DNA of 64,000 nucleotides from Escherichia coli O127:H6 str. E2348/69 (GTDB lineage Bacteria; Pseudomonadota; Gammaproteobacteria; Enterobacterales; Enterobacteriaceae): NCBI RefSeq assembly GCF_000026545.1, contig NC_011601.1; one strand, 5' to 3'. Shown piece by piece: positions 60,308 to 64,000 of this stretch (position 1 is its first letter; each line of letters starts with the position of its first letter). The notes under the pieces were generated by a model. It saw only the letters and a program-made list of their open reading frames with translations, ran no database searches and was not told where the DNA came from. The position numbers and the translations under genes were made by a program.

Positions 60308-61420
60308 ATGACCGCCTTAAATAAAAAATGGCTATCGGGTCTGGTTGCGGGGGCTCTGATGGCCGTCTCTGTCAGCACGCTCGCGGCTGAACAAAAAACA
60401 CTCCACATTTATAACTGGTCTGATTATATCGCCCCGGACACGGTGGCCAACTTTGAAAAAGAAACCGGTATTAAAGTCGTCTACGATGTTTTCGATTCTA
60501 ACGAAGTACTGGAAGGCAAATTAATGGCGGGGAGCACTGGCTTTGATCTGGTGGTGCCGTCAGCAAGCTTTCTTGAGCGCCAGCTGACAGCGGGAGTTTT
60601 CCAGCCGCTGGATAAAAGCAAATTGCCGGAGTGGAAGAATCTCGATCCGGAGCTGCTGAAGTTGGTCGCCAAACACGATCCCGACAATAAATTTGCTATG
60701 CCCTATATGTGGGCGACGACCGGGATTGGCTATAACGTCGATAAAGTTAAAGCGGTGTTGGGCGAAAACGCGCCCGTCGATAGCTGGGACTTGATCCTCA
60801 AACCTGAAAATCTGGAAAAACTGAAAAGCTGCGGTGTCTCTTTCCTGGATGCGCCAGAAGAAGTGTTTGCTACCGTGCTGAATTATCTCGGCAAAGATCC
60901 TAACAGCACTAAAGCGGATGATTACACCGGACCGGCTACCGATCTGCTGTTAAAGCTGCGCCCGAACATTCGTTATTTCCATTCATCCCAATACATCAAT
61001 GATCTGGCGAATGGTGACATCTGTGTCGCTATTGGCTGGGCGGGCGATGTCTGGCAGGCGTCAAACCGCGCGAAGGAAGCGAAGAATGGCGTGAATGTCT
61101 CGTTCTCGATTCCAAAAGAAGGGGCGATGGCGTTCTTTGATGTATTCGCCATGCCTGCGGATGCCAAAAACAAAGACGAAGCCTATCAGTTCCTGAATTA
61201 CCTGCTGCGTCCTGATGTGGTGGCACATATCTCTGACCATGTGTTCTATGCTAACGCCAATAAAGCAGCCACGCCGCTGGTGAGTGCGGAAGTCCGTGAT
61301 AACCCGGGTATTTATCCGCCTGCGGATGTTCGTGCGAAGCTGTTCACTCTGAAAGTGCAGGACCCGAAAATCGACCGTGTGCGCACCCGCGCGTGGACCA
61401 AAGTGAAGAGCGGAAAATAA
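60308..61420 (+). CDS. potF: Putrescine ABC transporter periplasmic binding protein
   Basis: 370 aa with signal peptide MTALNKKWLSGLVAGALMAVSVSTLAA; ORF-track start 60164 is an extension. Confidence 0.9.
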   Translation: MTALNKKWLSGLVAGALMAVSVSTLAAEQKTLHIYNWSDYIAPDTVANFEKETGIKVVYDVFDSNEVLEGKLMAGSTGFDLVVPSASFLERQLTAGVFQPLDKSKLPEWKNLDPELLKLVAKHDPDNKFAMPYMWATTGIGYNVDKVKAVLGENAPVDSWDLILKPENLEKLKSCGVSFLDAPEEVFATVLNYLGKDPNSTKADDYTGPATDLLLKLRPNIRYFHSSQYINDLANGDICVAIGWAGDVWQASNRAKEAKNGVNVSFSIPKEGAMAFFDVFAMPADAKNKDEAYQFLNYLLRPDVVAHISDHVFYANANKAATPLVSAEVRDNPGIYPPADVRAKLFTLKVQDPKIDRVRTRAWTKVKSGK

Positions 61421-61514
61421 TCCGCAGCCGTAGATGCCGGACGGGCGCACCACACCCGCCGGCAATTCGCACCATCATGGTGCGCTTGCACACATTCAAT
61501 GCCGGAGAGCAGCC

Positions 61515-62648
61515 GTGAATGACGCTATCCCTCGCCCGCAGGCGAAAACCCGTAAGGCGCTGACGCCGCTATTAGAAATCCGTAACCTGACCAAATCCTA
61601 CGATGGTCAACATGCGGTGGATGATGTCAGCCTGACCATCTACAAAGGTGAAATCTTCGCGCTGCTGGGCGCATCCGGCTGTGGCAAGTCCACGCTGCTG
61701 CGTATGCTGGCAGGTTTTGAACAACCTTCTGCCGGGCAGATTATGCTCGATGGCGTCGATTTGTCACAGGTGCCGCCTTACCTGCGCCCCATCAATATGA
61801 TGTTTCAGTCTTACGCGCTGTTTCCGCATATGACCGTGGAACAGAACATCGCTTTTGGCCTGAAACAGGACAAACTACCGAAAGCGGAAATTGCCAGCCG
61901 GGTCAATGAGATGCTTGGGCTGGTGCATATGCAGGAGTTCGCCAAACGCAAACCGCATCAGCTTTCCGGTGGTCAGCGTCAGCGTGTGGCCCTGGCCAGA
62001 AGCCTTGCCAAGCGCCCGAAACTATTACTGCTCGATGAGCCGATGGGCGCGCTGGATAAAAAGCTGCGTGACCGGATGCAGCTTGAAGTGGTGGATATTC
62101 TGGAGCGCGTCGGTGTGACCTGCGTAATGGTTACTCACGATCAGGAAGAGGCGATGACCATGGCGGGGCGTATCGCCATTATGAATCGTGGGAAATTTGT
62201 CCAGATTGGCGAGCCGGAAGAGATCTACGAGCATCCGACCACTCGCTACAGCGCTGAATTTATCGGTTCGGTTAATGTCTTTGAAGGTGTACTCAAAGAG
62301 CGTCAGGAAGATGGTCTGGTGCTTTATTCGCCGGGGCTGGTGCATCCACTGAAAGTCGATGCGGATGCTTCGGTTGTTGATAACGTGCCGGTGCATGTGG
62401 CGCTTCGCCCGGAAAAAATCATGCTTTGCGAGGAACCGCCCGCCAATGGTTGTAACTTCGCGGTGGGGGAGGTGATACACATTGCCTATCTCGGCGATCT
62501 TTCGGTGTATCACGTTCGTCTGAAAAGTGGGCAGATGATTAGCGCCCAGCTACAAAACGCCCATCGTCATCGTAAAGGGTTACCGACCTGGGGCGACGAA
62601 GTACGTTTGTGCTGGGAAGTGGACAGCTGTGTGGTGCTGACGGTTTAA
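61515..62648 (+). CDS. potG: Putrescine ABC transporter ATP-binding protein
   Basis: Walker A GASGCGKST, LSGGQRQR, Walker B LLLLDEP; likely GTG start at 61515 (377 aa). Confidence 0.85.
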   Translation: MNDAIPRPQAKTRKALTPLLEIRNLTKSYDGQHAVDDVSLTIYKGEIFALLGASGCGKSTLLRMLAGFEQPSAGQIMLDGVDLSQVPPYLRPINMMFQSYALFPHMTVEQNIAFGLKQDKLPKAEIASRVNEMLGLVHMQEFAKRKPHQLSGGQRQRVALARSLAKRPKLLLLDEPMGALDKKLRDRMQLEVVDILERVGVTCVMVTHDQEEAMTMAGRIAIMNRGKFVQIGEPEEIYEHPTTRYSAEFIGSVNVFEGVLKERQEDGLVLYSPGLVHPLKVDADASVVDNVPVHVALRPEKIMLCEEPPANGCNFAVGEVIHIAYLGDLSVYHVRLKSGQMISAQLQNAHRHRKGLPTWGDEVRLCWEVDSCVVLTV

Positions 62649-62657
62649 GGAGCAAAG

Positions 62658-63611
62658 ATGAGTACACTTGAACCTGCTGCCCAGTCGAAACCGCCGGACG
62701 GATTTAAGCTGTGGTTGTCGCAGCTGCAAATGAAGCATGGGCGCAAACTGGTCATTGCGTTGCCATATATCTGGTTGATCTTGCTGTTTCTGCTGCCATT
62801 TCTGATCGTCTTTAAAATAAGCCTGGCGGAGATGGCGCGCGCTATTCCACCTTATACCGAATTGATGGAGTGGGCTGACGGGCAACTTTCTATCACTCTT
62901 AATCTCGGTAATTTTCTGCAACTGACCGACGATCCGCTCTATTTTGATGCTTATCTCCAGTCGTTACAGGTGGCGGCGATTTCGACTATTTGCTGTTTAC
63001 TGATCGGCTATCCGCTGGCGTGGGCGGTGGCGCACAGTAAGCCTTCGACCCGTAATATCTTATTACTACTGGTGATCCTGCCGTCGTGGACCTCGTTTCT
63101 GATTCGTGTCTACGCCTGGATGGGAATATTAAAAAGCAACGGTGTGCTGAATAATTTTCTGCTGTGGCTGGGGGTTATCGATCAACCGCTGACCATTCTG
63201 CATACCAACTTTGCTGTTTATATTGGCATTGTTTACGCCTACGTGCCGTTTATGGTGCTGCCGATTTACACCGCGTTGATTCGTATTGATTATTCGCTGG
63301 TAGAAGCGGCACTGGATCTCGGTGCACGACCGCTGAAAACGTTCTTTACTGTGATCGTGCCGCTGACTAAAGGTGGGATTATTGCCGGATCGATGCTGGT
63401 GTTTATCCCGGCTGTGGGCGAGTTTGTGATCCCGGAACTGCTCGGTGGCCCGGACAGCATCATGATCGGGCGCGTGCTGTGGCAGGAGTTCTTTAACAAC
63501 CGCGACTGGCCGGTGGCCTCAGCGGTAGCGATCATCATGTTGCTGCTGCTAATTATGCCGATAATGTGGTTCCACAAACATCAGCAAAAAAGCGTGGGAG
63601 AACACGGATGA
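62658..63611 (+). CDS. potH: Putrescine ABC transporter permease
   Basis: 317-aa polytopic permease. Confidence 0.9.
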   Translation: MSTLEPAAQSKPPDGFKLWLSQLQMKHGRKLVIALPYIWLILLFLLPFLIVFKISLAEMARAIPPYTELMEWADGQLSITLNLGNFLQLTDDPLYFDAYLQSLQVAAISTICCLLIGYPLAWAVAHSKPSTRNILLLLVILPSWTSFLIRVYAWMGILKSNGVLNNFLLWLGVIDQPLTILHTNFAVYIGIVYAYVPFMVLPIYTALIRIDYSLVEAALDLGARPLKTFFTVIVPLTKGGIIAGSMLVFIPAVGEFVIPELLGGPDSIMIGRVLWQEFFNNRDWPVASAVAIIMLLLLIMPIMWFHKHQQKSVGEHG

Positions 63612-64000
63612 ATAATTTACCGGTGGTTCGTTCGCCCTGGCGGATTGTGATTTTGCTGTTGGGCTTCACCTTTCTCTACGCGCCAATGCTGATGCTGGTG
63701 ATCTATTCATTCAACAGCTCGAAGCTGGTGACGGTGTGGGCCGGCTGGTCAACGCGCTGGTATGGCGAATTATTGCGCGATGACGCGATGATGAGTGCGG
63801 TTGGTTTAAGCCTGACAATTGCGGCCTGTGCGGCGACGGCGGCGGCGATCCTCGGGACTATTGCGGCGGTGGTGCTGGTGCGCTTTGGCAGGTTTCGCGG
63901 ATCAAATGGTTTTGCCTTTATGATCACCGCGCCGCTGGTGATGCCAGATGTCATCACGGGCTTGTCGCTATTGTTGTTATTCGTCGCGCTTGCTCATGCC
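63608..64000 (+). CDS. potI: Putrescine ABC transporter permease, 3'-partial
   Basis: ATG at 63608 overlapping potH stop; hydrophobic permease sequence runs to window end. Confidence 0.85.
   Translation, partial: MNNLPVVRSPWRIVILLLGFTFLYAPMLMLVIYSFNSSKLVTVWAGWSTRWYGELLRDDAMMSAVGLSLTIAACAATAAAILGTIAAVVLVRFGRFRGSNGFAFMITAPLVMPDVITGLSLLLLFVALAHA

Noticed and set aside
1-64000. CRISPR arrays or other regularly spaced short repeats
   Set aside because: No series of evenly spaced direct repeats detected by eye anywhere in the window.

Overview
This window is an Escherichia coli-type chromosomal segment (gsiABCD, pdeI, dgcI, rimO, bssR, yliI, gstB, dacC, deoR, ybjG, mdfA, ybjHIJ, rcdA on the left; ybjL, ybjM, grxA, ybjC, nfsA, rimK, ybjN, potFGHI on the right) interrupted by a ~34.2 kb P2/186-family prophage at about 20345..54514, bounded by a 26-bp direct repeat. 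Host gene names and the statement that rcdA and ybjL are normally adjacent come from my recollection of E. coli K-12, not from a search. The prophage has a 186-like immunity region (integrase, CI, Apl, CII), a LexA-boxed Tum-like/DinI-like pair, a Dam-like methylase, replication protein A, and a complete-looking head, lysis and tail gene set with TGT-N12-ACA late-promoter dyads, an E/E' slippery site and an Ogr-like activator. Three AT-rich cargo islands sit at known or plausible P2 hotspots: (1) a KAP-family P-loop NTPase plus a CI paralog with two tandem repressor-like DNA-binding domains, between int and cI; (2) a PRTase-like plus DprA/Smf-like overlapping pair (ShosTA-like architecture) with an antisense acidic small ORF, between gene A and the portal gene; (3) a 393-aa unknown protein next to a Pin/Gin-family invertase at the Z/fun position. 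The tail-fiber region is rearranged: the V-W-J-I-H block is inverted relative to the flanking late genes, S and H both break at a gix-like 26-bp site that has an inverted partner just upstream of the invertase, and no distal fiber or fiber-assembly gene is present. All functional assignments rest on by-eye motif and homology recognition and need database confirmation.
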